This document shows, piece by piece, positions 8,876-17,601 of a stretch of DNA of 64,000 nt. The first letter of the stretch is position 1. Each line of letters begins with the position of its first letter. This DNA is from a virus, in IMG/VR virus record IMGVR_UViG_3300025101_000019, positions 96,001-160,000 of that record, one strand, 5' to 3'. Below the pieces are notes generated by a model. It saw nothing but the letters and a program-made list of their open reading frames with translations. It searched no databases and was not told the DNA's origin. Both the position numbers and the translations under genes were made by a program.

Positions 8876-9064
8876 TTATTTTGTTACAAGTATTTGAATT
8901 GCGTATATAATCAATGCAGATGCCAATAATTTCATTACGGGGTCTTTACTTACAACTTTTTCTACTGCAGTTTCTTGACAACAAGAATCTGATACAGGTT
9001 TTGTACTACCACACCCAACTAATAATATTGAACTTAAAGCTATTGCTAACATCTTCTTTTTCAT
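8876..9064 (-). CDS. small lipoprotein with C-terminal hydrophobic helix
   Basis: Lipobox LVGC; C-terminal LLASALIIYAIQILV. Confidence 0.65.
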   Translation of the reverse strand: MKKKMLAIALSSILLVGCGSTKPVSDSCCQETAVEKVVSKDPVMKLLASALIIYAIQILVTK

Positions 9065-9072
9065 TTGTATCC

Positions 9073-9849
9073 CTATTTTATTCTAAATGGTATATCGTGC
9101 TCTTTCCAAAACTTATTAAGTGTAGTTTTTAAATCCTTAACTAACTTCATTGACTTCTTTTTATTCTCAGGTGTATTTGTATCTAATCTTCCTTGTGGAA
9201 TAATTCCGCTGATATAGTTAGTTACAGGAAATACACCTACTTCATTAATTTCAGTTTCTTCTAATGGTCTATCATCAACTTCATCTGCAATACATCTACC
9301 ATCCATTGTTACATTTCCAGAACATGGATTCCCAAGGTTATCATAAAAGATTTCTTGGAGTTTAGTAATTTTATTGGTTTTTTTCCAATTGTCTCTATCA
9401 AAAACTAAATTGTCTTTGACCATCATAACCATTAATGCTCTACCAAACTTCTTAGTATCTGTAATTCGTGTAAACGATGGTGCGTTCTTTTTTGCCCAAT
9501 TGTACCATAATCCTGATAATATCTTGAACATTTTACTTGAATCACCATTTGCTTTTAAAAGTTCTTTTTTGAATAACCCTCGTTTTCTATATGCATACTT
9601 CTTAAAATCCATATAGGTAAACTCATTTGGAGTATCCATAGGGAATGGAACACCTTCTTGTAAATCTACTTGAACCATCTCGTCAACTACCATTCTATAT
9701 TTAAGTAATGGTCTTCCGTTGATAGTGATGTCTCCCTTTTCGTTTTTACCAATAGATTTTACTACGATTCGTTTGTTTTTAAACTTACCGCCTAATACTG
9801 TATCACCTACTTTTATTGGTATTACTATATTTTCAAAAAGTGTGTTCAT
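9073..9849 (-). CDS. hypothetical protein
   Basis: IKVGDTVLGGKFKNKRIVVKSIG N-terminal module. Confidence 0.65.
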   Translation of the reverse strand: MNTLFENIVIPIKVGDTVLGGKFKNKRIVVKSIGKNEKGDITINGRPLLKYRMVVDEMVQVDLQEGVPFPMDTPNEFTYMDFKKYAYRKRGLFKKELLKANGDSSKMFKILSGLWYNWAKKNAPSFTRITDTKKFGRALMVMMVKDNLVFDRDNWKKTNKITKLQEIFYDNLGNPCSGNVTMDGRCIADEVDDRPLEETEINEVGVFPVTNYISGIIPQGRLDTNTPENKKKSMKLVKDLKTTLNKFWKEHDIPFRIK

Positions 9850-9855
9850 ATTCTT

Positions 9856-10218
9856 TTATTTTTTAGTTGTGTTTTGAAACTTAAACTTCTCACCTGTAAT
9901 AGATAACTTATCTATAACTTCAGTTTGAATGTCTCTCAATAGTTTCTCTAACTTGTCTTTTTCGACAACCATACCAGATACTTTATCTTCTAATGCTTCA
10001 TTCTTCGCTTTTAATGCTTCTACCTCTTCAGGATTCTTACCTATAAAAGTATAGATAACAACTGAAAGTGAACCAACTAACATACCGACAATCACTTTGA
10101 ATATATCGTTATTAGTTTCAGGTATCTCAAAAAATGCTAAAAATAATAGAAGTCCCATAACAAGTAAAAATACTGTTGCTGCTCCTATGTATCCTCTTAG
10201 TTCTTTATCTTTAAACAT
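9856..10218 (-). CDS. two-TM membrane protein with coiled coil
   Basis: Two hydrophobic helices followed by a heptad-rich tail. Confidence 0.65.
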   Translation of the reverse strand: MFKDKELRGYIGAATVFLLVMGLLLFLAFFEIPETNNDIFKVIVGMLVGSLSVVIYTFIGKNPEEVEALKAKNEALEDKVSGMVVEKDKLEKLLRDIQTEVIDKLSITGEKFKFQNTTKK

Positions 10219-10231
10219 AGCTCCTCTTTTC

Positions 10232-10879
10232 TTAAACTCTTTTCGTTTTCTTTAAATAATTAAACATTTCATAACCCAATTTCATTCCAAACTTCGAATC
10301 ACTTGGATAATGTGCTCTACCAATATTTCTGCTATCAGATATATCTCTACCTAAACTCATCAAATTGTATTGATGTTGAGGGTACATATCTGATAGTAGT
10401 TTCCCTATAAGTATTCCTTGTGTTGAATGCCCACTTGGATACGATGGTGTCTTCATAGAGTCCATCATAGATTCTTTTCCAATATTTACATTTACTAATG
10501 GATGGTCAACTACTTGATATGGTCTTGGTCTATTATAATGATATTTAAGCTTCATAATAATAATAGAACTATCATCTAATAGTTTTTCCACCAAAGCTTC
10601 TGGAAAATCTAATCCTACTGTTTTTAAATACTTTTTAAATACTTTATCCACATCATCCATTTCTTTTACAAATTCAGGATTCTGTGGTAATTTTGCTAAT
10701 TCTTCTAATTCTATTCGAGTGTTTGATGACGCATTACAATGAGGTGGATTTCCCATATAGTTTTTGATTGGAAAATCTTGGAGTAAGGATGGGGTTCTTT
10801 TCATTTTATCCAGATGTTTTGGTTTTATCTCATCTGTATAACCCATTTGTTTTAAACTGAGTATATCTGATAGTTTCAT
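10232..10879 (-). CDS. PAP2-superfamily phosphatase
   Basis: KYHYNRPRP, PSYPSGH, SRNIGRAHYPSD. Confidence 0.9.
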   Translation of the reverse strand: MKLSDILSLKQMGYTDEIKPKHLDKMKRTPSLLQDFPIKNYMGNPPHCNASSNTRIELEELAKLPQNPEFVKEMDDVDKVFKKYLKTVGLDFPEALVEKLLDDSSIIIMKLKYHYNRPRPYQVVDHPLVNVNIGKESMMDSMKTPSYPSGHSTQGILIGKLLSDMYPQHQYNLMSLGRDISDSRNIGRAHYPSDSKFGMKLGYEMFNYLKKTKRV

Positions 10880-11010
10880 TTTCCTTGTCCGCGGTATTTC
10901 TTTTTGTAATGTTTACTCCCCTTACTTCTTGAATGTTTAGTCTTGGAATGTACTCCAGGTCTCTTCTTACGATGACTTGTTATGTGATTTGTAACTAACC
11001 CTCTTGCCAT
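10876..11010 (-). CDS. small highly basic protein (44 aa)
   Basis: Not in track; MARGLVTNHITSHRKKRPGVHSKTKHSRSKGSKHYKKKYRGQGK; ATGA overlap with the PAP2 gene. Confidence 0.75.
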   Translation of the reverse strand: MARGLVTNHITSHRKKRPGVHSKTKHSRSKGSKHYKKKYRGQGK

Positions 11011-11022
11011 TTTATAACCCTA

Positions 11023-11430
11023 TTAAAACTGAGATGACTTTTTAAGTTCATCAATAGTTTCTTGTAACTCATCTAAATCAACAGGACATACTAAATCCAA
11101 TCCTGCTTTGAATGTCGATTCTTTTATACCATCTTTAAAAATAAAGATAGTTGGCGCCATTCTCACTCTATAATCTTTTTTTGCGTTTGGTGCTTTTGCA
11201 ATATCAACTCTGTAATAATGAGTGATACCTTTAACTTTATCCCAATCTTGGAATGCGTTTGCTTCGTTAAACTTTGCCCAAAACTCGACAACTATTATTG
11301 AGGTCTCATCATCACCAAATGCTGATTTTTCGTGTATTGCTTCATCGAACTTTGCATCATCTATATAATCTTGACCGAAAACACTACTATAACCTAATAA
11401 TAATATTGTCAAAAACAAATATTTTTTCAT
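11023..11430 (-). CDS. exported thioredoxin-fold protein lacking CxxC
   Basis: Signal peptide; IVVEFWAKFN, YRVRMAPTIFIFKDG. Confidence 0.65.
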   Translation of the reverse strand: MKKYLFLTILLLGYSSVFGQDYIDDAKFDEAIHEKSAFGDDETSIIVVEFWAKFNEANAFQDWDKVKGITHYYRVDIAKAPNAKKDYRVRMAPTIFIFKDGIKESTFKAGLDLVCPVDLDELQETIDELKKSSQF

Positions 11431-11445
11431 AATTACCTATTTTTA

Positions 11446-12006
11446 TTAATCTATTAAATAGCCATAAGGTGTATCGTCAACATCCAAACCTATTGGAAAG
11501 TTTTCTAACCTCATAGAAACAGTCATATTAGATTGTATGTAAGGGTTGTAAAACTCCCCTTCAGCGGTTAAACATATTAAACCACTATGTTGACCACCTA
11601 ATTGTCCTGCGTCTTGAACTATTACCTCATTCCAAACAACATACTCTTGGTCACCTGGTATTTCAACACCTGCGAATTTATCATCAGGGTTTAACCAAGT
11701 GTAAGTACCAATATCTAATAACTCACCATCATCAATTGCATCTGAATCTAAACAATATAATGCAAAGTGTTGTCTGTCTAATCTAATTTCCCCATCATCT
11801 ACTTGTAGGTAAAGGATAAATATCTTTCTTAATTTACCATCTACCCATTTTGAACCACCATATGATTTTACTTGAGCGTATCTCTCATAAGGGTCAAATG
11901 AATCTCCATTTAAACTAATTTCAAAAACAGGAACTAAAGGTTCAACCTCTTCCTTTTCACATCCTAAAATTAAAAATAAACTTAAAAATAATAATATCTT
12001 TTTCAT
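11446..12006 (-). CDS. lipoprotein
   Basis: MKKILLFLSLFLILGC-EKEE; start at 12006. Confidence 0.7.
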   Translation of the reverse strand: MKKILLFLSLFLILGCEKEEVEPLVPVFEISLNGDSFDPYERYAQVKSYGGSKWVDGKLRKIFILYLQVDDGEIRLDRQHFALYCLDSDAIDDGELLDIGTYTWLNPDDKFAGVEIPGDQEYVVWNEVIVQDAGQLGGQHSGLICLTAEGEFYNPYIQSNMTVSMRLENFPIGLDVDDTPYGYLID

Positions 12007-12010
12007 AATC

Positions 12011-12295
12011 TTATCTACCTTTTTGTATCTCGTACAATCTTTCATCAATTTTATCAAGTTGGTCTCTTATCGCATCCACATCATCTTGAGTGTCCATAAT
12101 TGTCTGGCGAATTAATTCGTCCTTTAAATCATACTCAATTCTGTCTATCTCAGGTAAAGGTAATTCCTTTGCTTCCTGAATATCCCCTTGTAGTGTAAAC
12201 CACATACCTACAACAGTTGCAACAAAGAATAAAATAATTCCTATTGTTTTTAAATCAAGTGTGATTTTTGTTTCTTCTGATACCTGCTTTGCCAT
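12011..12295 (-). CDS. single-TM coiled-coil protein
   Basis: IGIILFFVATVVGMWF followed by a coiled coil. Confidence 0.65.
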   Translation of the reverse strand: MAKQVSEETKITLDLKTIGIILFFVATVVGMWFTLQGDIQEAKELPLPEIDRIEYDLKDELIRQTIMDTQDDVDAIRDQLDKIDERLYEIQKGR

Positions 12296-12309
12296 GACTC
12301 CCTTTTGTC

Positions 12310-13545
12310 TTATCTAAATGTGTAATTAAATCCGAATGTACTATAAAAGAATTCACTAGCCCACATCTTAGTATATTCACCTTCGACAAATATACCGAAA
12401 CTTTTGCTCAACTTCCAACCAATGCTTCCGCCGAACTGATAGTCATCCCATTGTTCAAATTCAGAATCTTGTCTCAATCCACCTTTACCCCAGTTGTTCC
12501 TGTTACCATAGTTGAAATCACCATCACCCATTACATATGAGTGGTAAGGTAATAACCAATTTGCGTATGCATGAGCCCAAAACTTTGGAGTGTAGTGATA
12601 GAAATCAACTCCAACGATTGGCGATACTAAACCAAATTCTCCGATTTCATCCCATATTTCATTGTTGTAATCGTTAATAAGGTCTCTAAATACACCATCT
12701 CTAAATTCTAAATCCGAATCTGCTACTCTGTTACCATCTGGGTCTAACCAAAAATAATCAAAACTACTTTGGTCATTACCATCTTGGTCTGTCCATGTAG
12801 ATTCATACCATTGGTCTGTATATCCTCTGTCATATCCTAAAGTATACCAATAGTTTGCAATACTACCATCTGGATTAGTTTCATTCACCCAAATTTCAAA
12901 CGGGTTATATCCATATGCTCTCTGATGAGTTCTGAAGATTGCACCTGCTGATAATGAGAATTTCTTACCGATTGGTAATCTTGCTCTTACTTCTGCTGAT
13001 TTGTATTCAAAATCAAATGCACCTTGTTTTCTACTTTCGATTTTTGCTATGTGATATTTACCTGTATGTCTAAGGAAGTATCTACTATTTGTCCATACTT
13101 CACCTCTTTGGCGTTCTTTTTCCCAATGAAATAAGTATTCGAATCCTTTTACTGCCGAAGTTGGTGCGGATAATGCAATTTGTCTTTCTCTATCTGCATT
13201 ACCTGTCCAAAAGTTACCTGGCTTTCTTTCGTAATCAAATCTTGCAAGTTTTCTGATACCTAATCCGATTCTGTAATCAAATGGATTGTACTCAGTAACT
13301 TCTACGATTTGTGGAATATCGAATATGTTTCCACTTTGGTTTGTTCTTACAAAATACTCTCTACGAGATGGTTCGTATGAATTACGAATATCACCTGCTG
13401 CGTAAACAGTACCATATTTTAAGAAATCTTGGTAAAATTCCTTAATAATATTTGTTTTTTTCTTTTCTTTCTTCTCTTCTTGTGCATTTACACTCATTGG
13501 TGCAAACATTAAGAAAATCATGAATAATGATAATAAATTTTTCAT
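12310..13545 (-). CDS. probable outer-membrane beta-barrel protein
   Basis: Signal peptide ending VNA; amphipathic aromatic-rich strands; C-terminal STFGFNYTFR beta-signal-like. Confidence 0.65.
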   Translation of the reverse strand: MKNLLSLFMIFLMFAPMSVNAQEEKKEKKKTNIIKEFYQDFLKYGTVYAAGDIRNSYEPSRREYFVRTNQSGNIFDIPQIVEVTEYNPFDYRIGLGIRKLARFDYERKPGNFWTGNADRERQIALSAPTSAVKGFEYLFHWEKERQRGEVWTNSRYFLRHTGKYHIAKIESRKQGAFDFEYKSAEVRARLPIGKKFSLSAGAIFRTHQRAYGYNPFEIWVNETNPDGSIANYWYTLGYDRGYTDQWYESTWTDQDGNDQSSFDYFWLDPDGNRVADSDLEFRDGVFRDLINDYNNEIWDEIGEFGLVSPIVGVDFYHYTPKFWAHAYANWLLPYHSYVMGDGDFNYGNRNNWGKGGLRQDSEFEQWDDYQFGGSIGWKLSKSFGIFVEGEYTKMWASEFFYSTFGFNYTFR

Positions 13546-13564
13546 TGTGGTATGTTTCCCCTCT

Positions 13565-13813
13565 TTACTTTTTAGCAAATTTTTCTAACCCTGCGATACC
13601 AAAACAACCAAGAGTTATATATACGAATGAGTTGTATATAAATTCATTGATTATTAAATCTTTTCCAAAGTATCCAGTTCCCAAGTCAACGATTGCAAAT
13701 AGTGTCATGACTGCAAAGCTCATAAACCCTATAACATTTTTTTCGTTAATGTCGTTGTTGTCCTTAAATATGTTTTTAAATGCCATCCATTTTCTCCCAA
13801 TATATTTAAACAT
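13565..13813 (-). CDS. holin-like two-TM protein
   Basis: Two TM helices, basic tail, adjacent to endolysin. Confidence 0.55.
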   Translation of the reverse strand: MFKYIGRKWMAFKNIFKDNNDINEKNVIGFMSFAVMTLFAIVDLGTGYFGKDLIINEFIYNSFVYITLGCFGIAGLEKFAKK

Positions 13814-13846
13814 AACTTCTAATCCTTTTTGTTAACTGATTACTCA

Positions 13847-13854
13847 TATAAATA
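13847..13854 (-). promoter_or_regulatory. TATTTATA motif, candidate late promoter
   Basis: Same octamer recurs intergenically at 30677, 52181 and 55602. Confidence 0.45.
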
Positions 13855-13863
13855 GTTTCTTTC

Positions 13864-14745
13864 CTACAAATCCACTAACATATCTAACAATTCCGCCTGT
13901 GGGAACATATCAAACTTATCCTTACGAGTGTTTGTATGTGTCCACATACCTTTTACTCGTCCATAATATGCATCTTCATTGAACTCAAATCCGTCAGCAC
14001 CTTTTGCTTTTACCTCTTCTACAAGACCTTTTCTTACATCAATACTATCTCTTTCTGCAATCCACAAAATCCACAATCTTAATGCTTCAATTTGTTTATC
14101 AGAATATCTGTGCCAATGTTTAAATCCTCTGAATGGTTTGTCCAATGTAACGATTTGTGATTCATGTGCAGTTGTTCCTGCATATGTTTTTCCGTCTTTA
14201 AGATATCCAAAGTTATTTACTTCGATACCAACCGAATGTGTATGCATATGTTGTGAACCATTCTTTCCTAAATGCCATCCATAATGACCCTCAGGAAACG
14301 CCTGAACCATTACTCCATCATATGTTTCATCATTACCTTTGATTGATTGACCACCTAATACAAACTCAGTTGCGACTGCTCCTCTACTATCTCTACCCCA
14401 ATGGTCAACAGTTCTGTATGGATTCTGCCATCCTGCGGTGTGATGTAAGAAACAATATTCTTTTTTTGTGATTCCACTTTTGTATTCACCAACTGGAAGA
14501 TAGTGTCTATTGACCACTAATCCGTTTTCTGTTGTGAATGTCTTTTCAGTATCATCAGTAGTAGCAAGACCCATAGTATCCCAAGTGGAAGGACCAACAA
14601 TCCCATCAGCAACCAAACCATTGGCTTTTTGAAATTCTTGAACTGCTTTCTTAGTTCCCTCACCGAATATACCATCCGCTCCTATATTTAAAAATTCTTG
14701 TAAATCTTTTACTTCTTGTCCTCTTGAACCTACTCTAAGTAACAT
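13864..14745 (-). CDS. endolysin: peptidoglycan-binding domain plus N-acetylmuramoyl-L-alanine amidase
   Basis: ADGIFGEGTKKAVQEFQ..GLVADGIVGPSTW; LHHTAG, SVGIEV, HTNTRKDKFD. Confidence 0.9.
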   Translation of the reverse strand: MLLRVGSRGQEVKDLQEFLNIGADGIFGEGTKKAVQEFQKANGLVADGIVGPSTWDTMGLATTDDTEKTFTTENGLVVNRHYLPVGEYKSGITKKEYCFLHHTAGWQNPYRTVDHWGRDSRGAVATEFVLGGQSIKGNDETYDGVMVQAFPEGHYGWHLGKNGSQHMHTHSVGIEVNNFGYLKDGKTYAGTTAHESQIVTLDKPFRGFKHWHRYSDKQIEALRLWILWIAERDSIDVRKGLVEEVKAKGADGFEFNEDAYYGRVKGMWTHTNTRKDKFDMFPQAELLDMLVDL

Positions 14746-14754
14746 TTTGACCCC

Positions 14755-15069
14755 TTATTTTTTTCTACCAGCACAATGTGCTTTTTGACTAAACCCCTTC
14801 GGATTATTACAGTCAATTGATTTTTTATAGTCGGAAGACCATTTCTCATCAATCTTTTTGATAAGTTCTTCCAATCTCTTCTCTAAAGTTTCTTTTTTAG
14901 AGGGAAGACCTTTATGTTTAGTTGCAGCATACTTTTTAACATCAGACTTCTTCATTTTCTTTGCAACTTTTTGTGCATCTTTAGAAAAATCTGAAGCTTT
15001 TGCATCACCTTTTTGTATTGCTCTAACAATACCCATGAATTTCTGTTGTTGTTTACTTACTGCGGGCAT
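14755..15069 (-). CDS. basic hypothetical phage protein
   Basis: MPAVSKQQQKFMG...TKHKGLP; CNNPKGFSQKAHC. Confidence 0.7.
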   Translation of the reverse strand: MPAVSKQQQKFMGIVRAIQKGDAKASDFSKDAQKVAKKMKKSDVKKYAATKHKGLPSKKETLEKRLEELIKKIDEKWSSDYKKSIDCNNPKGFSQKAHCAGRKK

Positions 15070-15082
15070 AAAAATCTCCTTA

Positions 15083-15292
15083 CTAATAAGTATGTAAAAA
15101 TTTAAAAGGAATCATCCAATGAATATCAAAAGGGTCACTAACCTCTGCTTCTTCCTTTTGTTCGTTGAGTGATATAAGAGTCACCTTTTCGCCCTCTACC
15201 AGACTTCCCCTGTGATTGCTGAAGGTCTCCCTCATCAATATCTTTTCTCCTATTTTTTCTTGTAATTTTTTCATATGTTTCAAAATATTCAT
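15083..15292 (-). CDS. hypothetical protein, start uncertain
   Basis: Globular-looking C-terminal half; overlaps 15138-15329. Confidence 0.5.
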   Translation of the reverse strand: MNILKHMKKLQEKIGEKILMRETFSNHRGSLVEGEKVTLISLNEQKEEAEVSDPFDIHWMIPFKFLHTY

Positions 15293-15329
15293 CCTCGAAG
15301 TCTATACTTCGCACATCAATTTTACCCAT
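15138..15329 (-). CDS. hypothetical protein, acidic then basic
   Basis: Start overlaps the end of the upstream gene. Confidence 0.5.
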   Translation of the reverse strand: MGKIDVRSIDFEDEYFETYEKITRKNRRKDIDEGDLQQSQGKSGRGRKGDSYITQRTKGRSRG

Positions 15330-15567
15330 TTTTAATTATCCTTAAATTTTCTATTTTTTTGAGAAATTGTTCAACTGAATAGTCTTTGTTTTTTTCGTCT
15401 TTGATTTTTACTTCTGTAAGTGTATCAGGGTATTTGTTAACCAGCCTTTCAAGAATTTCGAAACCTTGGTCTGTCCAAAAATTCTTAAAGGATGTTTCAC
15501 CTAAGATGTTTGTAGAATAGTCTACATCATCCTCATTATCCTCTGGTAACAATATGTAGTATATCAT
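15322..15567 (-). CDS. hypothetical protein
   Basis: ATGA-type coupling to the GT2 gene. Confidence 0.65.
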   Translation of the reverse strand: MIYYILLPEDNEDDVDYSTNILGETSFKNFWTDQGFEILERLVNKYPDTLTEVKIKDEKNKDYSVEQFLKKIENLRIIKNG

Positions 15568-16748
15568 AGATTTATCAAACTTTTTTCGTAGTATTTTACT
15601 TTATTAACCTTTATATTAAATATGTCCAATTCGAACTCACCGCATTCAATTCCATTAGAATCGAAGATTTCTGACCACTTTTGTATGTAAGAATATGATG
15701 TATTTGATAGTCTATTTGCATCAAAACTTATTTCAATATCAGCTTCTTTTTGTACATTTATTCTTGTAGTTAAATCAAACTTAGTATTTGGTTGTTCCAA
15801 TTTTATATAACTCTCGATGACATCTTCGTCTATATCAATTGTTATTGAATCACACCAAGGTTCTAAAATGTTTAATATTTGAGAATTACCATTTTCTACA
15901 TTAAATTTAATATCATATTTATGTGGAACTTCTGGCATCATCATTGCGTCATGTTTTACAAAATGACCCCATTTTCTAATAAAATTCCTTGTTGACCTCA
16001 TATTTTGTTTCAACCATTCATCTGATTCTTTACCAACTTCAGTTAATGTTGGGTTGAATCTTGAACCTCTACAAGTCATATGATATACACACCCATCCCA
16101 AGTTTGAATCAAATCATATCCATTCAAGAGAAATCTATTGAATATGTCTGAATCTTCTTTGGATTGAGGTGCGTATAATGGGTCATGTCCACCAATTGAG
16201 GTGAAGTCTTCTTTGAATAAAAACCAAGGTGCAAATATACCTTTAGTAGTTTTTCCATGTTTATATCTTTCATCACCTGTATTAAACCATTCTAAGAATC
16301 CATCCTCATCAAAGTCCTCAGGTTCAGTTTTCCAATCCTTGAGTACTTTTTCAGGCCCATCTGGGTGAAGTGGTGGTTCAATTCGTGTCAATGAAACAAC
16401 ACTCAATGGTTTAATGTGTTCTAATACAGATTCTAATGCGCCAGGACAGAGATACATATCTGCGTGGTATATTCCTACAATCGGAGTATCTGCTATCTCT
16501 ACTAACTCATCATATAGGATTGTATGTCCTACTCTTGTTGGTCCTTCGTTTCTAATTGCCTTGAAGTTTGGGTCGTGTACCATCATATCCTCACACCATT
16601 CCCAAGTCCCATCGGAACTGAAATCATCTGCTACACATATTGTTGGTTCAGGACCTGCATTCTTTCTAATTGATTCGTAAGACCACTTGAGATACTTTAA
16701 ATTATCTCTTGATGGTTGAATAAAACTAATATCTTTTTTACTTAACAT
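15564..16748 (-). CDS. glycosyltransferase family 2
   Basis: ISFIQPSR, VADDFSSDGT, YHADM, GGHDP..EDSD. Confidence 0.85.
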   Translation of the reverse strand: MLSKKDISFIQPSRDNLKYLKWSYESIRKNAGPEPTICVADDFSSDGTWEWCEDMMVHDPNFKAIRNEGPTRVGHTILYDELVEIADTPIVGIYHADMYLCPGALESVLEHIKPLSVVSLTRIEPPLHPDGPEKVLKDWKTEPEDFDEDGFLEWFNTGDERYKHGKTTKGIFAPWFLFKEDFTSIGGHDPLYAPQSKEDSDIFNRFLLNGYDLIQTWDGCVYHMTCRGSRFNPTLTEVGKESDEWLKQNMRSTRNFIRKWGHFVKHDAMMMPEVPHKYDIKFNVENGNSQILNILEPWCDSITIDIDEDVIESYIKLEQPNTKFDLTTRINVQKEADIEISFDANRLSNTSYSYIQKWSEIFDSNGIECGEFELDIFNIKVNKVKYYEKSLINL

Positions 16749-17601
16749 AACTTTTTACCTTTTTAATTAAATCATCGTATGATTCTGTATGATATATTTT
16801 TTGACCTGATAGTTTAGGGAAGAATGTTTCATATGCTTTATGTTTTACTTCATACCCCTTTACTCCATATATAATATTTTCACCACCGAAATATGCAGCC
16901 AATGCTGAATTACCACCTTGTGTTGATATTTGATGTTCGGTTAGACTTAAAACTGCCATCTGTGCTTCATTATATGATAGGTTGTATTCATTTGCGATAT
17001 CTTGTACTGTTTGTATATTATATTTACTTATCAGTTCTTTATCACCAAAATCAAGTGGTGGACTACCATCTTGTGTAATATCATCTACATCAGGTCTGTT
17101 ATAGATTATATGAAACTTATCAGAACATAATTCAAATATTGTTTTTAATGAGTCTAAATTAATATAATTTACAGGGTCAGAGTCCCACTCCGTTTGATAC
17201 TTATTTGATATTACTAATAAAGGTTTATCAAAATTTAATCCCATCCAATTGTAAACTCCCTTGTAGTGACCATTCAAATCAGGCGGTGACCATCTGTCTT
17301 CCCAAACATTACGATTCCCTGCATCTTTTGCATCAGGCCAAAGTTCGTTTATCTTTTTACCAAAAAATCCTGCAACATGATTGTGTTGTCTATAATAGGG
17401 TACATCGTTTATTTTCAGTTGCATATACTGAATTCTATTTGGATAGACTTCTGTCACATCTAAATTTGGATATAAGATATGACCACCCTTTGAAGTTCTT
17501 ACTTTTACATCAACCCCTTGTTCTTTTGCATAATTTATTAAAGGTAGTGCTGCAAATAGTTCGTAACCAAACTCACCATGTATATCAAAGGTTGTTGTCA
17601 T
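16738..17601 (-). CDS. putative glycosyltransferase (GT-B-like)
   Basis: GEFGYEL N-terminus, ISTQGGNSALAAYFG; inside glyco island. Confidence 0.5.
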   Translation of the reverse strand: MTTTFDIHGEFGYELFAALPLINYAKEQGVDVKVRTSKGGHILYPNLDVTEVYPNRIQYMQLKINDVPYYRQHNHVAGFFGKKINELWPDAKDAGNRNVWEDRWSPPDLNGHYKGVYNWMGLNFDKPLLVISNKYQTEWDSDPVNYINLDSLKTIFELCSDKFHIIYNRPDVDDITQDGSPPLDFGDKELISKYNIQTVQDIANEYNLSYNEAQMAVLSLTEHQISTQGGNSALAAYFGGENIIYGVKGYEVKHKAYETFFPKLSGQKIYHTESYDDLIKKVKSYVK

